64,000 nucleotides of DNA from Gammaproteobacteria bacterium (GTDB lineage: Bacteria; Pseudomonadota; Gammaproteobacteria; Burkholderiales; SG8-39), in contig JBGQFD010000002.1 of NCBI GenBank assembly GCA_041496705.1, positions 17,938 to 81,937 of the forward strand. The letters run 5' to 3'. A program made the translations under genes and the position numbers. Positions 37,541 through 47,045 of this stretch are shown here, piece by piece; position 1 is the stretch's first letter, and the number at the start of each line of letters is the position of its first letter. The notes under the pieces were generated by a model. That model searched no databases. It was not told where the DNA came from and saw nothing but the letters and a program-made list of their open reading frames with translations.

Positions 37541-38710
37541 TCAGCCCGCGACCGCGGCGGCTCCGACCGACTTGAAGGCCTTCACAGCGGGCATCACCTC
37601 GCGGGCGAAGAGCTCCATGTTCTTTCGCGTGAGATCCGCGGGGAGCGTCCCGAACTGGCACAGCACGAGCAGGTTCCCGAAGCGCATGTCCTTCCAGTAG
37701 GACTCGAACCCCTGGCGCGCCGTCGCGGGGCTGCCGCAGACGATCAGCCCCAGCTCCATCGATTTCTCGAGCGTGATGTCGCCGAATATCGCGGCCTTTG
37801 CCTTCATTACGTTCTTCAGCGACTCGCGCGAGGTATAGCCGGGAGGCAGGAGCATCTCGACCGGCATCTTGAGAAACACGTTGCGGAAAGCCTCGAAGTG
37901 CGGCTTCGCTTCTCGCCGCGCAAGCTCATCCGTTTCGGCAATGTAGACAGGCACCGCCCATCCGAGCTGCCGGTCCCCCGCCTCGTAGCCGAAGGCCTTG
38001 CAGGTGTCGCGATACATTTTCAGATAGCGCTGCACCACGTTTGCCGGGCTGAAGGTCTGCAGATACGTGTAGCGCCGATCCGGGTGCGCCGCCCAGTCGA
38101 TCGTCTCCTTGCTGCCCTGCGACGGGATCCAGATCGGCGGATGGGGCTTCTGGAACGGCCGCGGCCAGAGGTTCACATACTGAACCTTGTAGTGTCTTCC
38201 CTGGAAAGCGAACGGGCCGGGCTCGGTCCAGGCGCGCACGATGAGGTCGTGCGCTTCGTGAAAGCGGTCGTGAGAGAAGGTCGGATTCACGCCGAAAGTA
38301 TGGTACTCGGCGCCGATGCCGCGAACGAAACCGGAAATCAGCCGGCCACCCGAGATGACGTCGATCATCGCGTGTTCCTCGGCCACCATAAGCGGGTGCT
38401 CGCGCAGCGGCAGTGCGCTGCCGAGAATGGCGATCTTCGCGCGCTTGGTCCGACGCGCGAGCGCCGAAGCGGTGACGATGGGTGAAGGCATGAGCCCGTA
38501 CGCGGTCTGATGGTGCTCGTTCACCGCGAGCGCGTCGAAGCCCAGCTCCTCGCCGTACTCCAGCTCGTCGAGATAGCGGTTGTAGAGCTTGTGACCTCTG
38601 ACCGGATCGAAATTCGAGTTCGGCAGATTGACCCACACCGTGCCGTTGTCGCGCCCGGCCTTGAGATCCAGATCGGCATACGGCATCAAGTGGAAGAGGA
38701 CGATTTCCAA
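37541..38710 (-). CDS. LLM-class (luciferase-like) flavin-dependent oxidoreductase
   Basis: TTG start at 38710 after a GAGG RBS, 2 nt after the upstream stop. LEIVLFHLMPY...FDALAVNEHHQTAYGLMPSP...SGGRLISGFVRG. Confidence 0.85.
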   Translation of the reverse strand: MEIVLFHLMPYADLDLKAGRDNGTVWVNLPNSNFDPVRGHKLYNRYLDELEYGEELGFDALAVNEHHQTAYGLMPSPIVTASALARRTKRAKIAILGSALPLREHPLMVAEEHAMIDVISGGRLISGFVRGIGAEYHTFGVNPTFSHDRFHEAHDLIVRAWTEPGPFAFQGRHYKVQYVNLWPRPFQKPHPPIWIPSQGSKETIDWAAHPDRRYTYLQTFSPANVVQRYLKMYRDTCKAFGYEAGDRQLGWAVPVYIAETDELARREAKPHFEAFRNVFLKMPVEMLLPPGYTSRESLKNVMKAKAAIFGDITLEKSMELGLIVCGSPATARQGFESYWKDMRFGNLLVLCQFGTLPADLTRKNMELFAREVMPAVKAFKSVGAAAVAG

Positions 38711-38712
38711 GC

Positions 38713-39492
38713 TTACCTCTTGGCGCCGGTAAAGCCGAACACGATATCGCAGAACAAGTCCGGCTTCTCCGCTTGCGGCAGGTGCCCGCAACGCGGAATG
38801 ATCTCGACCTGCGCCTTGGGCATGAGCTTGCCGAACTCGCGCGCGTAAGCGACCGGCAGGATCCTGTCTTCCTCTCCCCAGACGATCTGCACCGGCACAT
38901 CGATCCGGTGCAGCCACTTGGGCAGGAACGGATCGTGCAGCCGCGGCTCCCAGCCGAGCCGCGCCACGGTGTGCCGGTTCTTGAGCGCGATATCGACCAA
39001 CTCCGGCGTCATCGGTTCGGCCAGTCTCTGCTCCGCGAGTTTCTGATCGAAGAAGAGATTGCGCACGATCTGTTCCGGAGACCAGAGAAAAATGTCGCCC
39101 GGCTGGATTCCCGGAACCGAAATGCCGGCGGGTCCGACCAGCACGAGCGAGTCGATGCGTGAAGTATCGCGCACCGCCATCTCCAGCGCGAGCCATCCTC
39201 CGAGGGAGCTGCCGATCAGGCGCGTGCCTTTCAGGTCGAGGGCGCGCAGCAGATCCAGATAGAAATACGCGAGGTCGTGGATGTTTTCCAGCCATGCCGG
39301 CTCATCCGACAAACCGAAGCCCGGATGCTCGGGCACGAGCACGTCGAAGCGTTCCGCGAGCGCTTCCATGAAAGGCATCACCGCCGGCGCACCGCTCGCC
39401 CCATGCAGGTAAAGGAGCGGCGCGCCTGATCCGCCGCGTCGCAGGTTGACCCTGCAGCCGTCAAGTTCAAGCGCGCTCTGACTGAATGCCAT
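38713..39492 (-). CDS. Alpha/beta hydrolase (meta-cleavage-product hydrolase-like)
   Basis: LLYLHGASG and the nucleophile elbow IGSSLGG. The C-terminal His context is RCGHLPQAEKP. Confidence 0.85.
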   Translation of the reverse strand: MAFSQSALELDGCRVNLRRGGSGAPLLYLHGASGAPAVMPFMEALAERFDVLVPEHPGFGLSDEPAWLENIHDLAYFYLDLLRALDLKGTRLIGSSLGGWLALEMAVRDTSRIDSLVLVGPAGISVPGIQPGDIFLWSPEQIVRNLFFDQKLAEQRLAEPMTPELVDIALKNRHTVARLGWEPRLHDPFLPKWLHRIDVPVQIVWGEEDRILPVAYAREFGKLMPKAQVEIIPRCGHLPQAEKPDLFCDIVFGFTGAKR

Positions 39493-39501
39493 GACGCGGG
39501 G

Positions 39502-40467
39502 CTAGGCGACTTGTCTCGCGCCGGCGCGCGGTTTTCCCTTCACGCCGGCTGCAGCGATGACCTCGGCAAGCGCGGAATGGAGCTGCGGAGCCATCACGTG
39601 CGCGCCGGCGATGCCGGGTATCTCCGCAAGCTGCTGCATCAGTTCGACGCAGATTTTCTTCCCCTCCTGCTTCGGGTCCGCGGATCTCTCGAGTCGCCCG
39701 ATGACTTCATCCGGGATCAGCGTTCCGAAGAGCTTGTCCTTCATCCAGCGGGCAGAGCGCGCCGAAGGAATCGGCGCAACCCCGATGAGGATCGGCAGCT
39801 TCTGCGCAATGCCCAGATCCAGCAGTCGTGCGGCGTAGCGGCGCACGACCTGCGCATCCATGCAGAATTGCGTCTGGATGAAATCGGCGCCCGCTTGCAT
39901 TTTTGCCACCAGGCCGGCCGGGTGCCAGCCTGCCGGCGGGTCGACCGGGACCTCGGCCGCGCCGAGCACCAATTTCACCGCGCCGCCGATCTGCGTACCG
40001 GACGGCAGCCTGCCTTGCGAGCGCATGCGATCGGCCATCGCGAGCAAGCCCACCGTGTCCAGGTCGAAGACCGGCTTCGCGTCCGGCTGATCGCCCGCTC
40101 TGGGATCGTCTCCGCGCAGTGCGAGAATGTTGCCGATGCCGAGCGCCACTGCGCCGAGCAACTCTCCCTGCAGGGCGATGCGGTTTCGGTCGCGACAAGT
40201 AAGCTGCAGGATGGGCTCGATCCCGTTACGGACGAGGAAATGCGCGGCGGCGAGACTCGACATATGCGCCTTGGAGCCCGCGCCGTCGGTGACGTTCACG
40301 GCAGTAACAAGAGTGCGCAGCGCGAGCGCGCGATTGATGAATTCGGCGGGATCGGTCGAGACTGGCGGTGAGAGTTCTGCGGTAACAACGAATCTGCCGC
40401 AGCGAAGTTCATCTTGCAGCTCGCTTGTGGCGTCAGTCGATGATTCTTCCTTCGCAGCCAAGGCCAT
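39502..40467 (-). CDS. Methylenetetrahydrofolate reductase family protein
   Basis: VVTAELSPP...VNVTDGAGSKAHMSSL...LQLTCRDRNR...NILALRGDDP...IQTQFCMD are MTHFR TIM-barrel blocks. Confidence 0.85.
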   Translation of the reverse strand: MALAAKEESSTDATSELQDELRCGRFVVTAELSPPVSTDPAEFINRALALRTLVTAVNVTDGAGSKAHMSSLAAAHFLVRNGIEPILQLTCRDRNRIALQGELLGAVALGIGNILALRGDDPRAGDQPDAKPVFDLDTVGLLAMADRMRSQGRLPSGTQIGGAVKLVLGAAEVPVDPPAGWHPAGLVAKMQAGADFIQTQFCMDAQVVRRYAARLLDLGIAQKLPILIGVAPIPSARSARWMKDKLFGTLIPDEVIGRLERSADPKQEGKKICVELMQQLAEIPGIAGAHVMAPQLHSALAEVIAAAGVKGKPRAGARQVA

Positions 40468-40510
40468 TTGGTTCGAATCCCGTCTCAACGGCGAGTTTAG
40501 CACGGCGCGC

Positions 40511-41671
40511 CTATGCTCCCGCGCTTCCGGAGCTTCTTTCCGTTTCGACTTTCGCCATGAATTTTGGCGCCAGCTGCCTGAGACGTTCGTCTGGCATCCG
40601 CCCGCTGCGCGTCATGTAGTCGTAGGCGAGACGCCACGGTTCGAGCGCCATTTTTTCGGAAAATTTCTCGTACCAGTACGAGCTCGCGTTGGCCGCGGTG
40701 AGCAGCTTTTCGACCACCGGCCTGCGTTCGCGCACAAAAACCTCGAGCGCGCGCGGCACGTCCTCTCCGCATTCGGCAAACGCGCGGTCCAGCGCAATCG
40801 CGTCCTCGAAGGCGAGACGTGTCCCGGAGCCGATCGAGAAGTGCACCGTGCGCAGAGCATCGCCCAGGAGCACGGTATGTCCCGAGGACGACCGCCGTGC
40901 CGTCCAGCAGTCGTTTCGCAGGAGCGGAAACTGTCGCCACACCGACTTGTTCGAGACTAGGGTGTGCTCGCCCAGGTCGGCTGCAAACACGCGCTCGCAA
41001 TAGGCCCGCGAATCGGCATCGCCTGAGGCGTCCAGGCCCGCGCGAACCCAGGTGAGGGCGTCGCACTCGACGACGAACGTGCTCATCGACGGCGCGTGCC
41101 GATAGTGGTGCGCGACAAAGGCCCCATGCTCGCCCTGGCGAAACGTCAAAGTGAGGCAATCGAACGGCTGCGAGGTGCCGTACCATGCGAATCGGTTGCC
41201 GAGGAATTCAATCCGGGGCAGGAACTGCGCGGCCAGCGTGCGCCTAACCAGCGAGTTGGCTCCGTCGGCGCCGATCACGAGTTCCGCCCCGGCGAAATCG
41301 TCGAGGGTGTCGACGGCGCGGCCATGGGCGATGCTCACACCCGCGTCGCGGCACAATCCCTGAAGAATCTCCAGGAGCGGCAGGCGACCGATCGCCGAAA
41401 ACCCGCTGCCGTCCACGTCCACGGCCTCGCCGCGGTGCACGATGCGCTGCATCGGCCAGCGCTGCATCGCCGCCTGGAGGCGGCGCGACAGCTCCGGTTC
41501 GTCGCGCTCGAGAAAGGCCAGCGCGCCGTCGGAAAACACCACGCCAAACCCGTACGTAGCCCCTTGCGGATTCTGCTCGAACACCTCCACCCGCCACGCC
41601 GGAGAGCGGCGCTTGAGCAGCAGCGCCGCAAGCAGGCCTGCCGCACCGGCGCCGACTACGACGATACGCAC
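40511..41671 (-). CDS. FAD-dependent aromatic-ring-type monooxygenase
   Basis: GTG start. VVVGAGAAGL (GxGxxG), VIGADGANS (DG motif) and LGDALRTVHFSIGSGTRLAFEDA (GD motif). Confidence 0.85.
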   Translation of the reverse strand: MRIVVVGAGAAGLLAALLLKRRSPAWRVEVFEQNPQGATYGFGVVFSDGALAFLERDEPELSRRLQAAMQRWPMQRIVHRGEAVDVDGSGFSAIGRLPLLEILQGLCRDAGVSIAHGRAVDTLDDFAGAELVIGADGANSLVRRTLAAQFLPRIEFLGNRFAWYGTSQPFDCLTLTFRQGEHGAFVAHHYRHAPSMSTFVVECDALTWVRAGLDASGDADSRAYCERVFAADLGEHTLVSNKSVWRQFPLLRNDCWTARRSSSGHTVLLGDALRTVHFSIGSGTRLAFEDAIALDRAFAECGEDVPRALEVFVRERRPVVEKLLTAANASSYWYEKFSEKMALEPWRLAYDYMTRSGRMPDERLRQLAPKFMAKVETERSSGSAGA

Positions 41672-41712
41672 GGCGTCACGGCTGAGAGCGGTTTGAGTAA
41701 ATCAGAGCTTCC

Positions 41713-42318
41713 TTATGCGTTCGTAAAATCGAGGCGATCGTCGAGGAGCACGCCGAAGAGCTTTATCGGGTCACGCCGGGCGAGTTCCAGAGGAGGCAGT
41801 TCCTCTGCCTCTATCGCCACACCCATCTCGCGGGCGAGTTCTATCAGCGGCTCCGAAAGGACGAACTCCCCCGCCCGCGCGCGATGCAACAGCCGGTTGG
41901 CCACGCTGACGCAGTCGCCGAACACGAACAGCTGTTCCGGGGTGGGGTTGTTTTCGGCAAAGCCGACCACGGCGTCGCCGCAGTGCAGGCCCATCGAAAC
42001 CGCTGCCCGCACCCCGAAATCACGATGCCAGGCTGCGGCAAGCTCGGCGAATCCCGCCTGGATCGCCTGCGCCGCCCCCACCGCGTGCTGCGCATCGTCC
42101 TGGCCGGTGAAGGTCGCCATCACCGTGTCGCTGAGGACGTTCACCACGGCGCCTTCGTGTTCCGCCACCGCCTGCGCGACCAAGCCGACGAATTCGACCA
42201 CGCGCCCGAGCACCACCGCCGGGTCGAGCATGTCCGACATCCCGGTGAAACCTCGCGTCTCGGCGAACAGGATCACCGTCGGCGAGCGTTCCGGCTTGTC
42301 CGTTTCAGTGGCCGCCAC
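41713..42318 (-). CDS. Stand-alone class III nucleotidyl cyclase homology domain protein
   Basis: 201 aa with a GTG start after GGAGA. ILFAETRGFTGMS...VLSDTVMATF...GLHCGDAVVG is a cyclase fold with Glu in place of the first metal Asp. Confidence 0.75.
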   Translation of the reverse strand: MAATETDKPERSPTVILFAETRGFTGMSDMLDPAVVLGRVVEFVGLVAQAVAEHEGAVVNVLSDTVMATFTGQDDAQHAVGAAQAIQAGFAELAAAWHRDFGVRAAVSMGLHCGDAVVGFAENNPTPEQLFVFGDCVSVANRLLHRARAGEFVLSEPLIELAREMGVAIEAEELPPLELARRDPIKLFGVLLDDRLDFTNA

Positions 42319-42487
42319 CTGCCAGTCTCCAGTCTTGGAATGGGGGGCATTCTACACAGACCCGGCAGGCGCGGCAGGCGTGGCTATCCTTTCTCCTCGA
42401 ACGCCGCGTAAGGTCCGGTTGCGTAGCTTCATCCGCTCCCCATTTGGATATTCTCAAATGTCATTAGTTTAAACCTCCCGCCGAGAC

Positions 42488-42493
42488 TATAAT
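42488..42493 (+). promoter_or_regulatory. Candidate -10 hexamer (TATAAT) upstream of the peroxiredoxin gene
   Basis: An exact TATAAT lies inside a locally AT-rich patch (42441-42495), about 108 nt upstream of the ATG at 42602. No convincing -35 element was seen. Confidence 0.25.
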
Positions 42494-42601
42494 TCCTCCC
42501 GCCCCGGAAATGCTCTGAGCGGGATCCCTCAACTTAGTGCCGGACGCTCCACCACGCAGTCTCCCGAGCCATCCGGCACGCTGTCGACATGGAGGTTGCA
42601 T

Positions 42602-43255
42602 ATGCCAGTACGCATCGGCGACGAAGCGCCGGATTTCACCGCGGAAACCACGGAAGGCACGATCCATTTCCACGACTGGATCGGCGACAAGTGGGCGATC
42701 CTGTTCTCTCACCCCAAGGATTTCACCCCCGTCTGCACGACCGAACTCGGCTACATGGCCAAACTCAAGCCCGAGTTCGACAAGCGCAACACCAGGATCA
42801 TCGGGCTGTCGGTCGATCCGGTGAGCGACCACAACCGCTGGGTCGGCGACATCAAGGAAACGCAGGGTACCGCGGTCAACTATCCGATGATCGGCGACGC
42901 GGACCTCAACGTCGCGAAGCTCTACGACATGATCCACCCCAACGCCAGCGGCGGCAAGCGCACTGCAGCCGACAACGCCACGGTGCGCTCCGTTTTCATC
43001 GTCGGTCCCGACAAGAAGATCAAGGCCATGCTCATCTATCCGATGACGGCGGGGCGCAATTTCGACGAAGTCCTGCGGCTGCTCGACTCGCTGCAACTCT
43101 CGGCGAAGTTCACGGTGGCCACGCCGGTCAACTGGAAGCCCGGGCAGGACGTGATCATCCCCACCTCGGTGTCCGACGAGGACGCGAAGAAAAAGTATCC
43201 CCAGGGCTTCAAGACCCACAAGCCGTACCTGCGCACCGTTACCCTGCCGAAGTAG
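42602..43255 (+). CDS. 1-Cys peroxiredoxin (Prx6-like)
   Basis: GGAGG RBS. APDFTAETTEG...WAILFSHPKDFTPVCTTELG. Confidence 0.9.
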   Translation: MPVRIGDEAPDFTAETTEGTIHFHDWIGDKWAILFSHPKDFTPVCTTELGYMAKLKPEFDKRNTRIIGLSVDPVSDHNRWVGDIKETQGTAVNYPMIGDADLNVAKLYDMIHPNASGGKRTAADNATVRSVFIVGPDKKIKAMLIYPMTAGRNFDEVLRLLDSLQLSAKFTVATPVNWKPGQDVIIPTSVSDEDAKKKYPQGFKTHKPYLRTVTLPK

Positions 43256-43269
43256 GCCAGGCGGAGTCG

Positions 43270-43713
43270 ATGAAACGGTTTGCGATGTGGTTTGCGTGCG
43301 CGTGCATCGGTGCGACTGCTCTGCTGGGCGGATGCAAGACGCCGCCCACGCAGGAGGAGATGAAGGCTCGTGACTACGGCACGCAGCCGGCAAACCACGA
43401 GCAGCTGATTCGCGACTATCTGAAGGTCAGGCTCACCGACCCGGTCAGTGCCATCGTCGAGTTCCGCGCCGGCCCGAAGCAGCTTTTCCAGCAGCAGACT
43501 TCGCTGCGGGACCTGCAGTGGGGCTGGGGCGTGTGCGTGTGGATCAACGACAAGAACACGCGGGGGGCCTACGACGGGTTCTATCCCATGGTGTTCTTCA
43601 TACGCGAAGGCAAGATCGTCGCGGTCAACGGCGGGGAGCAGGACAACATCATCGGCGCGCGCTACGCCCGTGCCGGCTGCAATGAGCTGGGAGCGCCGTT
43701 TACTACGCGTTGA
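43270..43713 (+). CDS. Lipoprotein of unknown function
   Basis: 147 aa with lipobox ALLGGC. It lies 15 nt after the peroxiredoxin stop. Confidence 0.7.
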   Translation: MKRFAMWFACACIGATALLGGCKTPPTQEEMKARDYGTQPANHEQLIRDYLKVRLTDPVSAIVEFRAGPKQLFQQQTSLRDLQWGWGVCVWINDKNTRGAYDGFYPMVFFIREGKIVAVNGGEQDNIIGARYARAGCNELGAPFTTR

Positions 43714-43791
43714 CGCCCCGCGAAGAATTCGCGCCGTCTCCAGGTGTACAATCGGTCGAAAATCCGACAAGATTCGACGGAGGAGAGACCG

Positions 43792-44754
43792 ATGCTTCGA
43801 CTGACGTTGCTCGCTGCTGCGCTCGCGGCGGCTGTTCCCCTGACCGCTTTTTCGCAGGACTACCCACGCAAGCCCATAAGAATGATCATGCCCAACGCCG
43901 CCGGGGCTTCGGTCGACATTCTCGGGCGCATCGTGGCGATCAAGATGAGCGAGGCGCTCGGCGAACAGATGATCGTCGAGAACCGCGCCGGGGCGGGCGG
44001 CGCGATCGGCATGGAGGGGCTGAAGAACGCGGCCCCGGACGGTTACACGGTGCTCGGCGCCTCGACCGCGGCCATGTCCATCATCCCGAACCTGCGAAAG
44101 AACCTTCCCTACGATCCGCTCAAGGATTTCGGCTTCGTGTCGCTTTACGCGATCACGCCCAATGCCCTAGTGGTGAATCCGAACGTGCCGGTCGGCTCGA
44201 CCCGCGAACTGATCGACTACCTGAAGACGCGCGGGCCGCAGACCAACATGGCATCCGCCGGCCCCGGCTCGCAAAGCCACCTGGCGGGCATCCTGTTCCA
44301 GCAGATGACCGGCGTGCAGTCGGTGCACGTGCCCTACAAGGGCGGCGGTCCCTCGGTCGCCTCGGTGATGGCGAATGAATCGCAGTGGACCATCACGCCC
44401 GCGCCGGCAGTTTTTTCCTTTCTCAAGCAGAACCGGCTGAAGATGCTGGCGCACACCCTGCCGGCGCGCTCGCCTCTCTTCCCGGGCGTTCCGACAATTT
44501 CGGAAACGGTCCCCGGCTACACCTACAGCGGCTGGACCGGCCTGATGGTGCCCAGGGGAACGCCGCAGCCCATCGTCGACAAGCTGCGCGGTACGCTGCT
44601 CAAGCTCGCCGCGGCGCCGGAGTTCAGGGAACTGATCGCCAACCAGGGCGCCGTCGTGCAGACCAGCACTCCCGAGGAGTTCGAAAAGTTGGTCATCAGC
44701 GAGATCGACGCCATGGGCAAGGCGGTGAAGGCCGCCAACCTGAGCATCGAATGA
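43792..44754 (+). CDS. Bug/TctC-family tripartite tricarboxylate transporter substrate-binding protein (orphan)
   Basis: GGAGGAGA RBS and a signal peptide. DYPRKPIRMIMPNAAGASVD...PYKGGGPS is the Bug family signature. No tctA/tctB is nearby. Confidence 0.85.
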   Translation: MLRLTLLAAALAAAVPLTAFSQDYPRKPIRMIMPNAAGASVDILGRIVAIKMSEALGEQMIVENRAGAGGAIGMEGLKNAAPDGYTVLGASTAAMSIIPNLRKNLPYDPLKDFGFVSLYAITPNALVVNPNVPVGSTRELIDYLKTRGPQTNMASAGPGSQSHLAGILFQQMTGVQSVHVPYKGGGPSVASVMANESQWTITPAPAVFSFLKQNRLKMLAHTLPARSPLFPGVPTISETVPGYTYSGWTGLMVPRGTPQPIVDKLRGTLLKLAAAPEFRELIANQGAVVQTSTPEEFEKLVISEIDAMGKAVKAANLSIE

Positions 44755-45842
44755 GCGCTGCCGCCCCGGTCAAGCTGGGCATCATTGGCCTGGGACGCTG
44801 GGCCCGGGTGCTCGCCCGGGCGGCGCAGCGCTCGTCGAAGCTGAAAATCGTCTCGGCCTACAGCAGAACGGCCGACAAGCGCGAGGCATTCGCGAAGGAA
44901 TTCGGCGTCACCGCCGCGTCCGATCTGCGCCAGATGCTCTCCGACCCGGAGATCCGCGGCGTGATTCTCACCGTGCCGAACGAGCAGCATTACGCGGTCG
45001 CCGAGCAGGCCGCGCGCGCCGGCAAGCATGTGTATACCGAGAAGCCTATCGCCCATACGCTGGAGGACGGCGTGCGCATCTGCGAGCTGGAGGAGCGGCA
45101 CGGCATCCACGTCGTCGTCGGCCACTCCGCGCGCCTGCTCGCCGGCACCCGCTCGATGAAGGCCGCGATCGGACGCGGCGAGCTGGGGCGCCTTGCCTGC
45201 ATCGAGGCCAACTTCTCCAACGAGCGCGCCCTGGAGTTGACGCCGCAGAACTGGCGCTGGTACCGCGCACAGTGCCCGGGCGGACCGCTGTCGCAACTCG
45301 CCATCCACCAGTTCGACGCCCTCGCCTGCCTCGGCGGGGAAATCGCCGAAGTCATGTCGATGGCCGCGAAGCTCTCGCCGGTGGGCGCCGAGGTGGACGA
45401 CCAGTCGCTGACGCTGGTGAAGTTCGCCGACGGCAAGCTCGGCTACGTCGGTTCCAGCTGGACCTCGCCCGGCATCTATTCGATCCGCTGCTTCGGCCAG
45501 AAGGGACTGATGCACTACGAAGTCGATTTCGGCGCCTGGGACACGCCCGATCGCCTGCACGAGTCCTCCGCGCTCTACCTGCAGCGCGGCAAGGACGGCT
45601 ACGGCAAGCGCGAAGCGCTGGCGCTGCCGCAGTCCAACATGTTCGTCGACGAGCTGGAGAGCTTCGCCGAAGCCATCGCCAGCGATACCCGCCCCGAGCT
45701 GAGCGCGGCCAACGGACTCGCCGCCGCGGCGGCGGTCAACGCCGCCTTACTCTCGATCGAACGCGGCGGCCAGGCGGTCGCGCTCGCCGAAGTGATCGAC
45801 GAAGCGCGCGCGTGTGTCCGCCGACAGCCCAAAGCCGCCTAG
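44751..45842 (+). CDS. Gfo/Idh/MocA family oxidoreductase
   Basis: The ATG overlaps the upstream stop (ATGA). VKLGIIGLGRWA is the Rossmann start, then EKPIA. Confidence 0.85.
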   Translation: MSAAAPVKLGIIGLGRWARVLARAAQRSSKLKIVSAYSRTADKREAFAKEFGVTAASDLRQMLSDPEIRGVILTVPNEQHYAVAEQAARAGKHVYTEKPIAHTLEDGVRICELEERHGIHVVVGHSARLLAGTRSMKAAIGRGELGRLACIEANFSNERALELTPQNWRWYRAQCPGGPLSQLAIHQFDALACLGGEIAEVMSMAAKLSPVGAEVDDQSLTLVKFADGKLGYVGSSWTSPGIYSIRCFGQKGLMHYEVDFGAWDTPDRLHESSALYLQRGKDGYGKREALALPQSNMFVDELESFAEAIASDTRPELSAANGLAAAAAVNAALLSIERGGQAVALAEVIDEARACVRRQPKAA

Positions 45843-45860
45843 CCAGCGCGAGGAGGCCCC

Positions 45861-46661
45861 ATGCAAACGCGTCAATTCATCGAGCTCACCCAGCCGGAGA
45901 TCGCGGCGCAGTTGAAGAAGAATCCGCTCGTGATCTTTCCCGCGGGAAGCGTCGAACAGCACGGTCCACACCTGCCCGCCGGCACCGACATCTTTGCCAG
46001 CATCGCTATCGGTGAGGAAGTCGCCAGGCGCATGGACGGGCTGGTGCTGCCCGCAGTTCCCTTCGGCGTGACGCCGATGCACATGCCCTTCGAGGGCACG
46101 ATCACGTTCACGCCCGATACCTATATCCGCGTGGTGAAGGAAGTCTGCGAGTCCACCGCGCGGCACGGCGCACGCTACCTCCTCATCGTCAACTGGCACG
46201 AAGGCAACATACCATCGCTCGCCATCGCCGCCGAATCCCTGCACCGCGACCACGGCATGACCGTCCTCACCGCGCAGGCCTGCTACGTCGCTGCGGAGAT
46301 CTACGGCAAGGACATGGGCGGACTCACCCACGGGGGCGAGATCGAGGCGCACGCGGTGCTCGCCTGCCGTCCCGACCTGGTGCATCTGGACCGGATCGAC
46401 CAATCCTCCGACCACGGCCAGGGCCGCAAGTGGGACAAGCTGCGCAGGACGCGCGCGTTCCAGCCGGTGCTCACCGATATCCGCACCATCGCGCCGACGG
46501 GCTGGTACGGGACTCCTGAGCAGGCGACCGTCGAAAAGGGGCGGAGGATGCTCGAGGGCGTGGCCGAGGCGATCGCCCGCGAGGCCGGCGAGATCTTCAA
46601 ACAGCTCGACGAAGTCCAGGGCGGGACTGCCGAGCTGCGCCACCTGCGCAAGGTCAAGTAG
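45861..46661 (+). CDS. Creatininase family amidohydrolase
   Basis: GAGGAGG RBS. PAGSVEQHGPHLPAGTD...LIVNWHEGN...GGEIEAH. Confidence 0.85.
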   Translation: MQTRQFIELTQPEIAAQLKKNPLVIFPAGSVEQHGPHLPAGTDIFASIAIGEEVARRMDGLVLPAVPFGVTPMHMPFEGTITFTPDTYIRVVKEVCESTARHGARYLLIVNWHEGNIPSLAIAAESLHRDHGMTVLTAQACYVAAEIYGKDMGGLTHGGEIEAHAVLACRPDLVHLDRIDQSSDHGQGRKWDKLRRTRAFQPVLTDIRTIAPTGWYGTPEQATVEKGRRMLEGVAEAIAREAGEIFKQLDEVQGGTAELRHLRKVK

Positions 46662-46670
46662 ACGGGCCCG

Positions 46671-47045
46671 ATGGCGCGCATCTTCAGTCAGGCCGACGCA
46701 AAGTCGATGGGACTTCCAGGGCGCAAGTCGCTCGAGATTGCATCCGGGGAGCGCGGCACGCAGAACGTCACCCTGAGACTCGTGGAGATACCCGTCGCGA
46801 ATCCTGCCGACAAGCCGCGCGGCCGACACCGCCACGAAGGCTTCGAGGAATGCATCCACGTCCTCTCCGGCGAAGGCCGCACCGAAGCCGACAGCGGCGA
46901 GTTTCCGCTGAAAGCCGGCGACACGCTGGTGATCCCGCCGGGCGAGATGCACGTGACGCGCAACACGGGAAAGGAGCCGCTCGTGCTGCTTTGCTTCTTT
47001 CCCGTCGGCAACGTCGCCGCCCGCACGCGCGAGCCCGCTGCCTGA
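46671..47045 (+). CDS. Cupin domain protein
   Basis: 124 aa. RHRHEGFEECIHVLSGEG...GEMHVTRN. Confidence 0.8.
   Translation: MARIFSQADAKSMGLPGRKSLEIASGERGTQNVTLRLVEIPVANPADKPRGRHRHEGFEECIHVLSGEGRTEADSGEFPLKAGDTLVIPPGEMHVTRNTGKEPLVLLCFFPVGNVAARTREPAA

Noticed and set aside
38711-39295. 584-aa reading of ORF 37541..39295 as one protein
   Set aside because: The upstream 195 codons overlap the alpha/beta hydrolase gene out of frame and are Arg-rich. The LLM homology starts at LEIVLFHLMPY, with a TTG + GAGG RBS 2 nt after the hydrolase stop.
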